A program made the translations under genes and the position numbers. The notes under the pieces are model-generated. The model had not been told where the DNA came from. It saw only the letters and a list, made by a program, of their open reading frames with translations, and did not search any database. Below, piece after piece: positions 39,579 to 50,386 of a stretch of 64,000 nucleotides of DNA. The first letter of the stretch is position 1. Each line of letters starts with the position of its first letter. Where the stretch lies: contig CAWGMQ010000010.1 of the NCBI GenBank assembly GCA_963823665.1, positions 2,560,001 through 2,624,000 of the forward strand, read 5' to 3'. Source of the DNA: an uncultured Planctomycetota bacterium (GTDB taxonomy: Bacteria; Planctomycetota; Planctomycetia; Isosphaerales; Isosphaeraceae).

Positions 39579-40445
39579 TCACGCTGCCGAGGCCGAATCA
39601 GGCCCGGAGCCCTTTCCAGTAGCCGTGCTTTCTTCGTTGTCGAGCCAGATTGCGGCCGGCGCCTGGCCCAGGACCTCGGCCGCCAGTGACGCGTAATCTT
39701 CGGCCCCCCGGCTGGTCGGCGCGTACTGGAAGATCGACTGGCCGAAGCTGGGGCACTCCGCGAGCCGGATGTTCCGGCGAATTCGCGTGCGAAACAGTTT
39801 TGCATCGGCCCACGGTGCGTCGGCATTGCGCCGGCCCGCGAAAAACGTCTGAAGGTCCTCGACGACCTCGCCACCGTGCCGTGTGCCTGCGTCATAGAGG
39901 CACAAAACGATTCCACCCACCTTCAACTCGCGATTGACCCGCTTCGAGACCAGATTCACGGTCTCGAGCAACTTCGAGAGCCCATGCAGCGCCAGGAAAT
40001 GAGCCTGCAATGGAATCAACACTTCGGTGGCGGCACACAAGGCGTTGAGCGTAAGGACGGAAAGAGAAGGGGGACAGTCCATCAGCACGAAATCAAAAGG
40101 CTCGGTGTCGGCGGTAAGCGCGTCACGCAGGATGACCTCGCGTCCGACCGTGCCCAGGAGCTCGAGCTCTGCGCCGGCCAGATCGATGTGGCTGCCACAG
40201 ACGGCGAGGTTGGGTGTGATCGACCGCCGCACGGTGGCCATCGGCGTCCCCTCGGTCAAGACCTCGTAAAGCGTTGGCCCGGATCGACCCGGCAACAGCC
40301 CCAGGTGCAACGTCGCGTGCGCCTGGGGATCGAGATCCAGCACCAAGGTCTTGTGCCCCGCCATCGCCAGCGCGGCCGCAAGGTTCACGGCGGTCGTCGT
40401 CTTGCCGACGCCACCCTTTTGATTCAACACCGCGATCCGTCGCAT
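39579..40445 (-). CDS. parA: ParA/Soj family ATPase
   Basis: NQKGGVGKTTT, DLDPQ, DCPPSL, IRRNIRLAECPSFG. Confidence 0.93.
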   Translation of the reverse strand: MRRIAVLNQKGGVGKTTTAVNLAAALAMAGHKTLVLDLDPQAHATLHLGLLPGRSGPTLYEVLTEGTPMATVRRSITPNLAVCGSHIDLAGAELELLGTVGREVILRDALTADTEPFDFVLMDCPPSLSVLTLNALCAATEVLIPLQAHFLALHGLSKLLETVNLVSKRVNRELKVGGIVLCLYDAGTRHGGEVVEDLQTFFAGRRNADAPWADAKLFRTRIRRNIRLAECPSFGQSIFQYAPTSRGAEDYASLAAEVLGQAPAAIWLDNEESTATGKGSGPDSASAA

Positions 40446-40695
40446 CGAACCCCTCCCTGGTTGTTCCTCTGAACCGCTCGACCCACTTCATTGAATCAAG
40501 GCCGGGGCGATCCCGGCGGAAGTCTAACCTTTCCGCCGACATGCGCAAAGCCGAAACGGGACATGGCAGCACGCACGCCGTTCGACTCTTGCTGTCATTG
40601 GAGATCGACGTGACGGTCACCTTTTCGGCGAAGAACTGATCGCTGCATCTGTTGACGTGCTATAGACTTTCGATCCGCGAACGCCCGCCCCACGA

Positions 40696-40785
40696 TCGCC
40701 TTTCGCTCCGCGAAAACGCGCCCCACTCGCTCTACCGTTGCCACTCACTTTGCGGCAGGACGCACTTTCGCGGAGCGAAAGGCGA
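40696..40785. repeat. REPIN-like pair of perfect 20-bp inverted repeats
   Basis: TCGCCTTTCGCTCCGCGAAA (40696-40715) / TTTCGCGGAGCGAAAGGCGA (40766-40785). Confidence 0.8.
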
Positions 40786-40881
40786 CGATCGTTGGGCCGA
40801 TGCCAGAACTGACCGAGCAAAGTGATCGCGTGCGGTGAACGCGGAACACGACCACCGTCCGCACCGATCGTGCCCTCGCAC

Positions 40882-41544
40882 CTAGCCCCGCCGAGGCCGC
40901 CGGCCGCGGTCGAGGAAGTCGGCGAGGGGCAGGACAAACCCCGGTAAGACCGCACCGCCGTCGAGGGATTGGTCCGCACGTACCAGGGTCGACTTCTCGA
41001 CCGTCGAGAACACGCGGGCGGTGCGCTTCCTGGGATCGATCAGCCAGACCAGGACGACGCCGGCGTCGAAGTATTCCCGGACCTTGCGATCCATCTCGGC
41101 TTTGGTGTTCCCTTCGCTAAGCACTTCCACTGCCAGATCGGGCGCCAGGTCAGGAATCGGTTCTCGGGGGCTTTCACGGCCAGGAAGCCTGTCCCAACTG
41201 ATGAACGACAGGTCGGGGATCCGCACCAGGCGGGGTGCGATCCGCATCATCCCGTCGGCCCCAACGCAGACGCCGAGGTCGTGTTTCTCAAGATAAGCGT
41301 TGACGAAGTACAACAGCCTGCCGGCGAGCCGAGACTCCTCGAACCCCATCGCTTTTTCCACCAAGGTACCGTCAACCAGCTCGCAAAGACGATTTTCTCG
41401 TGCCTCGGCCGCAATGACGTCCTTTTCCGTGGCCGTGCCGGGCGCAGGATAGAACCAGATCCGCTCGAGCGGGATTCCGCCTAGCCGTTGCCGCAGGTCG
41501 GCCAGAGTCTTGATGTCGGGAGGAGCAATCGTCGCTTGAGACAT
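40882..41544 (-). CDS. Uma2 (DUF820) family PD-(D/E)xK protein
   Basis: ELVDGTLVEK, RIPDLSF, APDLAVEVLS, YFDAGV.LVWLIDP. Confidence 0.92.
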   Translation of the reverse strand: MSQATIAPPDIKTLADLRQRLGGIPLERIWFYPAPGTATEKDVIAAEARENRLCELVDGTLVEKAMGFEESRLAGRLLYFVNAYLEKHDLGVCVGADGMMRIAPRLVRIPDLSFISWDRLPGRESPREPIPDLAPDLAVEVLSEGNTKAEMDRKVREYFDAGVVLVWLIDPRKRTARVFSTVEKSTLVRADQSLDGGAVLPGFVLPLADFLDRGRRPRRG

Positions 41545-41754
41545 TACGGCTTCCCCGCGGTTCCGGTAACCTCGATGCATCCAACCGCTATTCTGACACG
41601 TGGCGTATTCCTGGGCAAGCGACGGCAGCCGAGGCCCACGACCGTTGTTGACGCACGAAAGAGCCTCAAGGACAACATCCCGCCGAACCATGCCAGCAGC
41701 AGCGCGATGAAAGTGCGGCCCCTGACTTAACGACTCGACGATCCGATGGTCGCT

Positions 41755-42219
41755 CTACATCTTGGGATTGATGATGATGAGCGCAATGAGCGCGAAGATA
41801 AAGAAAATGGAGAGACCGAGCCCAATCTTGCTGGCGATGCGGGGCCAACCAATTGACTTCCTGTTGAGAAAGTACGCGATGAGTGCGACCGTGATCCCCA
41901 TGCCTGGAAAGAATGACAGCAAGATCGACGCCACCGCCCAGAACTGCCTGACGCCCCCGACCCGCGGAACGACGACTCCCACGAGCTGATCGGCCGTTCG
42001 CTTCGCCAGCTCGGATCCCGAAACCTTGGAATAAAGCCGTGCCTTGCAGCCGGAGCACACAACCCACCAGGTGGTGTGTGTGCTCATGTGGACGACAAGC
42101 ATCTCCGTGACCTTCTCGGAGTGCTCGATGATCAGCGCTTCAACATCGCGGGCGCGACAGGCCGGGCAGTGAATTCGCGTCGTTCCGAACGGCTTATCCT
42201 CGGCAATAACGGTCGTCAT
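41755..42219 (-). CDS. Zinc-ribbon membrane protein, paralog 2
   Basis: CPAC...CSGC plus C-terminal TM helices. Confidence 0.75.
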   Translation of the reverse strand: MTTVIAEDKPFGTTRIHCPACRARDVEALIIEHSEKVTEMLVVHMSTHTTWWVVCSGCKARLYSKVSGSELAKRTADQLVGVVVPRVGGVRQFWAVASILLSFFPGMGITVALIAYFLNRKSIGWPRIASKIGLGLSIFFIFALIALIIINPKM

Positions 42220-42241
42220 GGTGATCACGGCCTCAAGGTAT

Positions 42242-42700
42242 TCAGCGAGCAATAATTATGGCTAACATCATCAGCACGAAAAGGAATCCGGATATGCCGA
42301 GCCCGATCTTGCTGACGGTACGGGGCCAACCTACTGACTTTCTGTTGGCGAGGTATGCGATGATCGCGACGATGATCCCCACGAATGGAGCGATCGCCAG
42401 CAGAATCGACGCGACCGCCCAGAACTGCTTGACGAGCCCGACCCGCGGTACGACCACGCCCACAAGCTGATCGGCCGTTCGCTGCGCCAGCTCGGATCCC
42501 GAAATCTTGGAATAGAGTCGCGCCTTGCATGCCGAGCACACCACCCACCACGTGGTGTGCGTGCTCATGTGGACGACCAGCATCTCCGTGACCTTCTCGG
42601 AGTGCTCGATGATCATCGCTTCAACATCGCGGGCATGACAGCCCGGGCAGTGAATTCGCGTCAATCCGAACGGCTTGTCCTCGGCAATAACGGTCGTCAT
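42242..42700 (-). CDS. Zinc-ribbon membrane protein, paralog 1
   Basis: CPGC...CSAC; N-terminal ~90 aa nearly identical to paralog 2. Confidence 0.75.
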   Translation of the reverse strand: MTTVIAEDKPFGLTRIHCPGCHARDVEAMIIEHSEKVTEMLVVHMSTHTTWWVVCSACKARLYSKISGSELAQRTADQLVGVVVPRVGLVKQFWAVASILLAIAPFVGIIVAIIAYLANRKSVGWPRTVSKIGLGISGFLFVLMMLAIIIAR

Positions 42701-42825
42701 GGCGATAGAACTCTCCCGGGGGAACCGCTTCGCCGCTTGCGCGGCATCAAGGCCTTTTCACACAATGCCCGCAGGGCGACGGCCGCCGGCCCACGCCCGT
42801 TCGTCGCTGAAGAACCTCGTCGGTT

Positions 42826-43440
42826 TCATGGCTCAGAACCGGCGATCGGATCGGGAATTGGCGCCGTGACCGGCGCACGGGCGAGCCGCCGCGACAACAT
42901 TCCGCCGAGCCACGCCAGAAGCAACGCGATGAACGTATGGCCGATCTTGACGAAGTTCTCCGGCGTTCCGCCCCACCAGTTCAACCGCTTGCCGGTGGTG
43001 GCATTCCAGAGCTGGACCGATCCGTTCTTCATTGTCGCGAACTGGGTGCCGGTGGGACTGAGCGCGATCGTCCCGTTCTGCAGGTTGACTGGCGAGGACG
43101 GGGTTGTCGTGACCGTGAGCACGATGTTCTGCGACGATTGTCCCGGCAGCCTCGAGTAAACGTAGCTCAGCGCCTGCGACGTGATCAGCCGGGTTTCAAT
43201 CGGCCCAATCAACGTGAGTGACAGATACACGAAGCCGAACAACGCGAATCCCAGCCAGAACGCTCGCCGCGCCCCCTCACGGTGAATCGCCAGGAGTACG
43301 GCCGACAGGAACACGAGCACCAGAAGCGTGAACGTGCCCTTCTCCCACCACTCGTTCGATTCCTTGAATGCCGCGAACGCGACGCCGCAGATCAGAATGA
43401 ACCCGATCAAGCTCGCGATGCTGAATCGAAATCGCTTCAT
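42826..43440 (-). CDS. Membrane protein with a single WD40-like repeat
   Basis: MKRFRFSIASL, RAFWLGFALFG, ALSPTGTQFAT...VQLWNATTGK. Confidence 0.75.
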   Translation of the reverse strand: MKRFRFSIASLIGFILICGVAFAAFKESNEWWEKGTFTLLVLVFLSAVLLAIHREGARRAFWLGFALFGFVYLSLTLIGPIETRLITSQALSYVYSRLPGQSSQNIVLTVTTTPSSPVNLQNGTIALSPTGTQFATMKNGSVQLWNATTGKRLNWWGGTPENFVKIGHTFIALLLAWLGGMLSRRLARAPVTAPIPDPIAGSEP

Positions 43441-43449
43441 GATGAGTGC

Positions 43450-43866
43450 CTAGCCCCCAAGATTCGCCGGGCCAAACGCAATCGGCAATAGCGCATCGAG
43501 CGGCGTCTCGAGTATGCCCGCGCCGTTGCAGATGGAGATCACTTCGGCATGCGGGCCGAATTCGTTCAACACCTGCCGGCAGGCACCGCACGGGGCAGTG
43601 GGGCTCTCCGTCGGCGTGAAGACCACCACCGCACGAATCGCGAGCGGACCGGCCGCGCCCGCCACGGCGTTGAAAACCGCATTCCGCTCGGCGCAGATCG
43701 TCAATCCGTACGACGCGTTTTCGACGTTGCAGCCCGCGAAGATCTCGCCTTGGCCAGTGAGCACCGCGGCGCCGACCGAGAACCGACTGTACGGGCAATA
43801 CGCTCGCGAAGCGGCCAAGCGGGCCGCGGATTGAAGCGATGCATACTCATCCGCAGAGATATTCAT
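43450..43866 (-). CDS. cdd: Cytidine deaminase
   Basis: AYCPYSRFSVGAA, GCNVENASYGLTICAER, PCGACRQ. Confidence 0.96.
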   Translation of the reverse strand: MNISADEYASLQSAARLAASRAYCPYSRFSVGAAVLTGQGEIFAGCNVENASYGLTICAERNAVFNAVAGAAGPLAIRAVVVFTPTESPTAPCGACRQVLNEFGPHAEVISICNGAGILETPLDALLPIAFGPANLGG

Positions 43867-43892
43867 TTTTTCCTCACCAACAGCCGTCCGGG

Positions 43893-45678
43893 TCACCCGC
43901 CGGCTTGTTGCTCGGCCGGTTGACTTTTCAACAGCTCGTCCACCCCCAGGCGATCGCAGAAATCTCCGAACGATTCACCCGGATTGCGTTCCTCCTTGAA
44001 CCGCGCGAGCACGGGCACCAGCTCGGCCACCACCTGGTCGTACGGCACGTAGTCCTTAAATTCGATGTTCAGCCGGTCGCCAACGGTCCTGCCGCCCAGG
44101 AAGATCGTGTAGGTGCCCGGGCCCGGTGTCCCGTCTTCGCGCACGTGCGCCGATCGCCCGACCAGGCCGATGTCCGAGTTGTAGGGGCGGGCACAGCCGT
44201 TCGGGCAGCCCGTCATGCGGACGGTGAACCGCTCTTCGGCCAGCCCCAGCCGGTCGAGCTCGCGCTCGAGCTGATCGAGCAGGGCGGGCAAGGCCCGCTC
44301 GGCTTCGGTCACCGCCAGTCCGCAGGTGGGCAGGGCAGGGCAGGCCATCGACCATCGCCGCACGGTCGAGATCGACTCGACCGCGGCGATTCCATAAGAT
44401 TCGAGCCAGCCCTCGACCTCGGAGCGGCTCGATGGCTCGATGTCGGCCAGCAGGATCGATTGCTGGCAGGTGAGCCGTGCCGGGGTCTTGTACTTCTGGA
44501 AGAAGGCACGCAGGCCGCTCGCAAGCCGGTAGCCGTCCACGTCGCGGATACGCCCGTTCTCGACCGGGATGCCCAGAAAAAGCTTGCCGTCGCCCTGAGC
44601 GTGCCAGCCCAGATGATCGTCGACCTCGCGAACCGTGACCGGCAAGGGATCAGCCAGCGTGCGCCCCAGATATTCCTCGACCTTCGAGCGGAAGGCCGGC
44701 AAGCCCCAGTCGTGGATGATGTACTTGAGCCGCGCCCGCTTGCGGTCGGACCGGTTGCCGAAATCGCGGAAGACCTTGAGGACTGCCTCGCCGATGCGCA
44801 GGACGTCGTCCCGTAGGACGTAGCACAGCGGCACGGCCAGGAACGGAAACGTCTTCTGCGCGCTCGGGGTTGTGCCCAGGCCGCCGCCGACCAGCACGTT
44901 GTAGCCGACGAGCGTGCCCCCGCTTCACGATCGCCAGGAACCCGAGATCATTCGCATGAATATCCGTGCAATTGTCTTCCGGCAAGGCGAATGCCGTCTT
45001 GAACTTGCGGGGAAGATAGGTCTTGCCGTAGAGCGGCTCGACGGAATCGTCGCCGGAGGTCGCTTACGAGCGGAGGCTCAGGCGGCGGCAGCGATTCGAT
45101 CTTTTCACCGTCGACCCAGATATCCCAGTACGCGGTCGAGCGAGGGGCGCAGTGCCCGGCCCAGCGCAGGGCGTCGGACTGAAGGTCACGCATGCAACTC
45201 GCCGTTGATCGGGGCCGGGCAGCAGAGCACGTTCCGCTCGACGTCGCCGCAGGCGGCGAGGGTCGAGAGCAGGCATTCGTTGATGCGCTTGATCGTCGTT
45301 TTCAAGTCGTGCTTGAGCACGCCGTGAAGCTGAAACTCCTGACGGGTCGTGATTCGCAGGCTGCCGTTGCCGATCGTTCTGCGCCGCCAGGTCGCAAGCC
45401 AGATACTGGCCCGCGGTGAGCTTTCCGCCCACGATCCGCACCCGCACCATGAACTGGTAGGCGTGTTCCTTGCCTTCCTTCTTCAGGGCACGGCGCAGGT
45501 CGCGATCATCCTGCTGGTAGGAGCCGTGGAACTTGAGGATCGATGCGGCGTCTTCGGTGAAGTGCGTCCGGCCGTTGTCGAGCTCGTCGGCCACGAAGGT
45601 CTTCAGATACTCGCTCGCTAGCTTGGTCAGCTCGACCTTGCTCGGCTTGGCGCCGGCCGGTTTGTTGGTGGACTCCAT
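43893..45678 (-). CDS. cysI: Sulfite reductase hemoprotein, split by several frameshifts
   Basis: [40 protein letters not shown]. Confidence 0.9.
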
Positions 45679-45762
45679 CTCTCGGTGCTTTCTTCTCCGC
45701 TTTCGTCAAGACGCCTGCGAGCGCAGGAACGCCTGGATCGATCGCTCACGGGCCTGGCTTGA

Positions 45763-46831
45763 TCATCCTTGAGCGCCGGCGGGAGCGGGAATCTCGATCT
45801 GCTGGTCGAGAATGGCGCCATCCTTGTTCACGGCGTCGCTCTTCTTCTTCTGTGCGCTGTACTCGAGCTGACGATCGAGGTGTTTGACGAGCAGCTCCGT
45901 GTCGTCGGCCACGTTGGCGTTGGCGGGAGCCTGAAACACAAATTCATCGTTGCGGATCGGGCCATTCAGCTTGACGTCGAAGTATCTGAGCACGATCTTG
46001 CTGCGGGGAATCTTCTCCATCGAGGCCTTCGAGCCGATCGGCCGGCCGTCCGGACCGAGCCGGCGCGTCTCCTGCAAAGCCGACGAAGCGCGCCCTTCCA
46101 GGGTCAAGTAATACGGCCACCCGTCGTCGATGCCGAGATAGAGGTTTGCGTCCATCGGGATGTAGGGGGGCAGCATCCCGATGGGATTGACCTGTCGCGA
46201 GTCGAACATGCAGCCCCTGGCGGGTCCGCCACGTTCCGTGGATTTTCCAGACCTTCTTGCCTTCGAAGACGATCGCTTCCTTGATGTCGAAGCGGATGTT
46301 TCTGCGCAGCCCGATCAGCAGGGTTTCCGGCCCCGCCATGCCCAATTGGGTCTTGACCTTCATTCGATCTTCCGGTCCGAGGTCGGGCGAATCGAGCCGC
46401 TCGAGAATCCCCTTGATCGCCCACCGGCGATAGAGCGGCTGGTCGAGCACGATTTGACAATCCCAGAGCGTTTCACCGTCGCAGACCTGGTAGAACCGGC
46501 CGCTCGAATCGGCCAGCCCGTGCGCGAGATCGAGCAGCATCGAGATTCGATTGTTGGGTGCCTTCTTGAATTCGCCAGTGATCTTGAACTTCTGATTGAG
46601 CATCTCGACGTCTTGTTCAAGTTTCGCCTCGACCGAGACGAGCTTGGTGATCTTTTCGATCGCAAGGTCAATCGTGCGCTCGGCTTCTGTCGGCGGCTCT
46701 TCCGCAGCCGCGTCAGGCGCCTTTGGAGCGGCATCTGCTGCCGGCTGCGGAACTTGCTGCGCATCCGACCGCGAGAAGCCGGTCAACATGGCCGCTATTG
46801 CTAAAGCAAGCAAAAGAGAGCGAATAGGCAT
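45763..46831 (-). CDS. LolA-like periplasmic protein, frameshift near 46215
   Basis: Signal peptide, QVCDGETLW, VKLNGPIRNDEFVFQAP. Confidence 0.65.
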
Positions 46832-47229
46832 GGTCCGGTTATTGAGCATAATTGGGATGTCGGGCAATTCCTCAAGGGATTGGAAAGCAAAGCCCGATCA
46901 TAATCGCTAGGCGTCTGGAGACGCAAGTCCGGCAACTGGTTCGGAAACCGCGAAAATCGCTCTTCGGCTTCGATTTTACGAGAAGTAGCGTATCGTTTAA
47001 GATGCGCCAGGAACCATCGAGACTGGAAGAGTTTATCGGTCAGGCGGACGGATTGGTTGAGTCGACCTTGGTTTTGGAGGTCGAACAGGCGGGATCGAAG
47101 GAACTCGACGGCGGCCAAACTCACTGGCCGCGATGGCACGCAGGAAGCAATAACATCTCCCGGATCGGCGGATCGGTGCGCGCGAGGCATCGGGCCGGCC
47201 GGCTTCGTCCGAGGGAGCTGGAGGATATT

Positions 47230-48255
47230 ATGCAAGCGATCGGAGTGCTGCTCTTGGCGGCAGCGACCGCCGGCGACGGATTCGGCTACTCGGCCCCTGG
47301 CGTGGGCCTCAAGAAATGGCTGCGCCCGCACGCGGAGGTAACAGCCGACGCCACCGGCGCCCCGCCGTACACGGCGGCGTCTGTGGCCGGTCGTGGCACC
47401 GGGCCCGCGAGCGGCCGGCGGTTCACCGTCACCAAGAGCCAGATCCATTTCCTTGACACCGACCACTCAGGCCCCGGCCACATGCAAATCGGCTGGCAGA
47501 CCTCCGGCGGCAATGGCGAACGGATCTACCCGCCCCCACAGCTCGTCGTGCCCGCTCGCTACAACTTCAATCAAGGGCTATATCTACCGGCTGAAGATGA
47601 CCAACATTCCCGGCCGGGCGAATCGGTCGCTCTATCCGTCGATCGAGGTCGCTCCGACCACCCCGGTGACCGACGCCTACCTCGCCCATAACGCGATTCC
47701 GGTTCAGTTCACCAACGAAGACTTCGACCAGGTCATCGACGGCGGCAATTTCGTTACCAAGGTGATCTACCTTCCCGACCCCAAGTACCAGGAGCTCGCC
47801 GTCTCCGGCGTCGAGACGCTGGTTTCGACCCGGCTCGAGCCCGGCATCGATCCCATCCTCGAAGCCGACAAGCGCGGCACGATCCTGTTGATCATCCGCC
47901 TGGGTGCCATCGACCTCGAGATGCCCGGACCGGGCAGCCGTTGGCGGCACGGTTGCCGGCGCCTGAGCTGGCCCCCAACTCGCTGCCGCCTGGCGTTATG
48001 CCGGCGCAGGCACCGGCGGGGACCGTGATCCTCGACCCGACAACGCCACCGCCGCCGGCAGCCGCTCCGGCTCCGGCCCCGGCGCCATCCACGACTCCGC
48101 CGGCTCCCCAGCCCGGCGTGGTTCCGGCGGCACCTAAGCCCGCATCAGCCGACGCGGGTTCCACCGACCTAACCGTTCCCACGACGGCCCTGGCACCGAT
48201 GCCCGAGCCGCCCCCGGTGCAAGCACCCGCACCGTCGGCCCCGGGTGAGAACTGA
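47230..48255 (+). CDS. Exported hypothetical protein with Pro-rich tail (frameshifted)
   Basis: GGAGG RBS, signal peptide; [11 protein letters not shown]...LYPSIEV...[10 protein letters not shown] pieced across three frames. Confidence 0.65.
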
Positions 48256-48431
48256 GAAAACGACGCCACGCGGGCGTTCTTGCGCAACCGGCCGCGACTC
48301 AAATCGCGGCCAGTGCGAAAGCGCTTGCCACAGCACCCCGGCGAAATCGTGTCAGGAACACGTTTCGCCCGGGGTCTTTCCATTCGGCCGTGCCCCAAAC
48401 CGAGATCTCGTCCGAGTCAGGGAATGACGCG

Positions 48432-50286
48432 ATGAGCCGCCAAACTGGAAAATGCAGCCGGGTTGGGCCCGCATGCACTTTGGGCCGCGCGGCCGGACTG
48501 CTGCTTGCGATCGCAGCCTGGTCCGGCCCAGGCGCCGCGGCCGCGCAGGGCCCGAGCACGCCGCCAGAGCGAGGAACCGTGGTATCACAGCCGATCGGAG
48601 TCGCGCCCACGGCACCGGTGGTCCAGCCGGCTCGCCCCCGGCATCGCGGTCTCCGGCCCGGGAGAAGCCTCAAGCGACGCCGCAGCGGCGCCGCCGGGCG
48701 CTGCCGCTGCTCGAGCCCGACGTGCAGGTCGTCCGCTTCCAGGGACCGCCGGGATTGACCGTCGAAGTGCTCTCGCCGGCGCCCGAGCCAGTGCCCACCG
48801 GCGACGGCGGCGGTATCATCACCGTCGGCCTCAAGCGCGGAGTGGGTTACCGGCTCAAGGTAAGCGGCATTCCCGAACGCCCGGGCCGCGAGCTCTATCC
48901 GGTCATCGAGCTCGTCGGCCACCTGCATCGGCCCCAGGGAATCGACCCGGCCAAATACCCGATCCGCGTGGTCTTCAATCAGGATGACCTGAACGACGAC
49001 GATCGACCAGGGCCGGCTGGTGACCAAGGTCATCTACCTCGAGGATCCTGACCAGGCCATTCCATTCCACTCTGCCCAAGGACGAAGTGCCCGTCTTGAC
49101 GCTCGGCCCGACCGAGCCGCCGCTGCGGGTGGCCGCAGGCGCTGGGCACGGCCGATCGCAATCGTGCGGCTGGGCGTGCGTCAACCCACGATCGACGAGA
49201 TCCAGTCCGGCCCCGGCGGCGATGTCGGCCTCGACTGGGCCGCCAGCATCGGATCCGGGCCGTGCCCGTACCTTTCCGCCTCGGGCGGCCGGTGCGGCCT
49301 GCCCAGCGGGCCGGTCTGCACGCACCGGCCCCCAAGCCCCAGCAGCCCTCGCTGCCGCCCTCGCTGCCGCGCGACGAATACCTCTGCGACGGCGGCGACC
49401 GCGGCACGCCGGCGGCCGCCGGGATGACCGGCCGCGTGGGCGGCGTCGACCCGCGCGATACCGATCGTCGCCTTCGACATCGGCCGGAAGGGCCGCGTCG
49501 AGCCGCGGGTTCTGCCCACCAACGTCGTCTGCATTTACGCACCCCGGTTCGCCGAGGTGCGAGTGAGCACCGGGACGAATCAGACGGTCGAGATCCAGCA
49601 TACCAATACCGACAAACATCTGACCAAGTACTTACAATATGACAATCGCGCCTTGGCGAAGAAGCTGGTCCAGAACCAGGACGCACAGATCACGCGCGAT
49701 CGATCGCGGGCCATGGCCGAGCAAGGGGCGGTTCTTTGCGGACGAGAAATCGAACAACCGCGGGGTGAGTGCGTTTCGCGGCGACGCGATGACCGTCACC
49801 AATCTCCAGCACCAGAGCTCCGAGCTCGCCAGCAACCGCCAGAATCCCGGCCAGCTCAAGGAGAAGATCCGTCTAGACGGCATCAAGACCGCCGAGGGAC
49901 CGGTCATCGCCGGGATGACCGAGAGCCCGAGCGAAGCCGTGCGGGTGTGGGCGCCGCACCAGATGAACGGCGTCGAGGTCCCGCCCGATCGGCCGGGCCT
50001 GGCCGTCATCAAGCGAGTGAGCGCGGTCGAGGCCGAGCCGGGCGATACCGTCACCTACGTCATCTTCTACCGCAACATGGGCAACACGCCCATCACCAAC
50101 GTGTCGATCGCCGACAGCCTGCTGCCGCGGCTCGAATACAAGAAGGGCACGTCTCGGGGCCCCGAAGGAACCGCCTTCAGCGCCGCGATGAATCGCGTCG
50201 GCTCGACCGAGCTGCGCTGGATGCTGCCGGGGACACTCGCCCCGGGAGCCGTCGGGCACGTCTCGTTCGACGCAACCATCCGCTAG
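48432..50286 (+). CDS. DUF11-domain exported protein (multiple frameshifts)
   Basis: YRLKVSGIPERPGRELYPVIE, TKVIYLEDP, DEYLCDGGD, C-terminal PGDTVTYVIFYRNMG..SIADSLLPRLEY. Confidence 0.65.
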
Positions 50287-50386
50287 AAATTGATCAGTCG
50301 GAGGAACTGACTTGGAAACCCGCACGACGAAGTGCCCGGACGTGCAGCCAACGACGCGGCCGCACCGGCTCCGCCGGCTGATTCCC

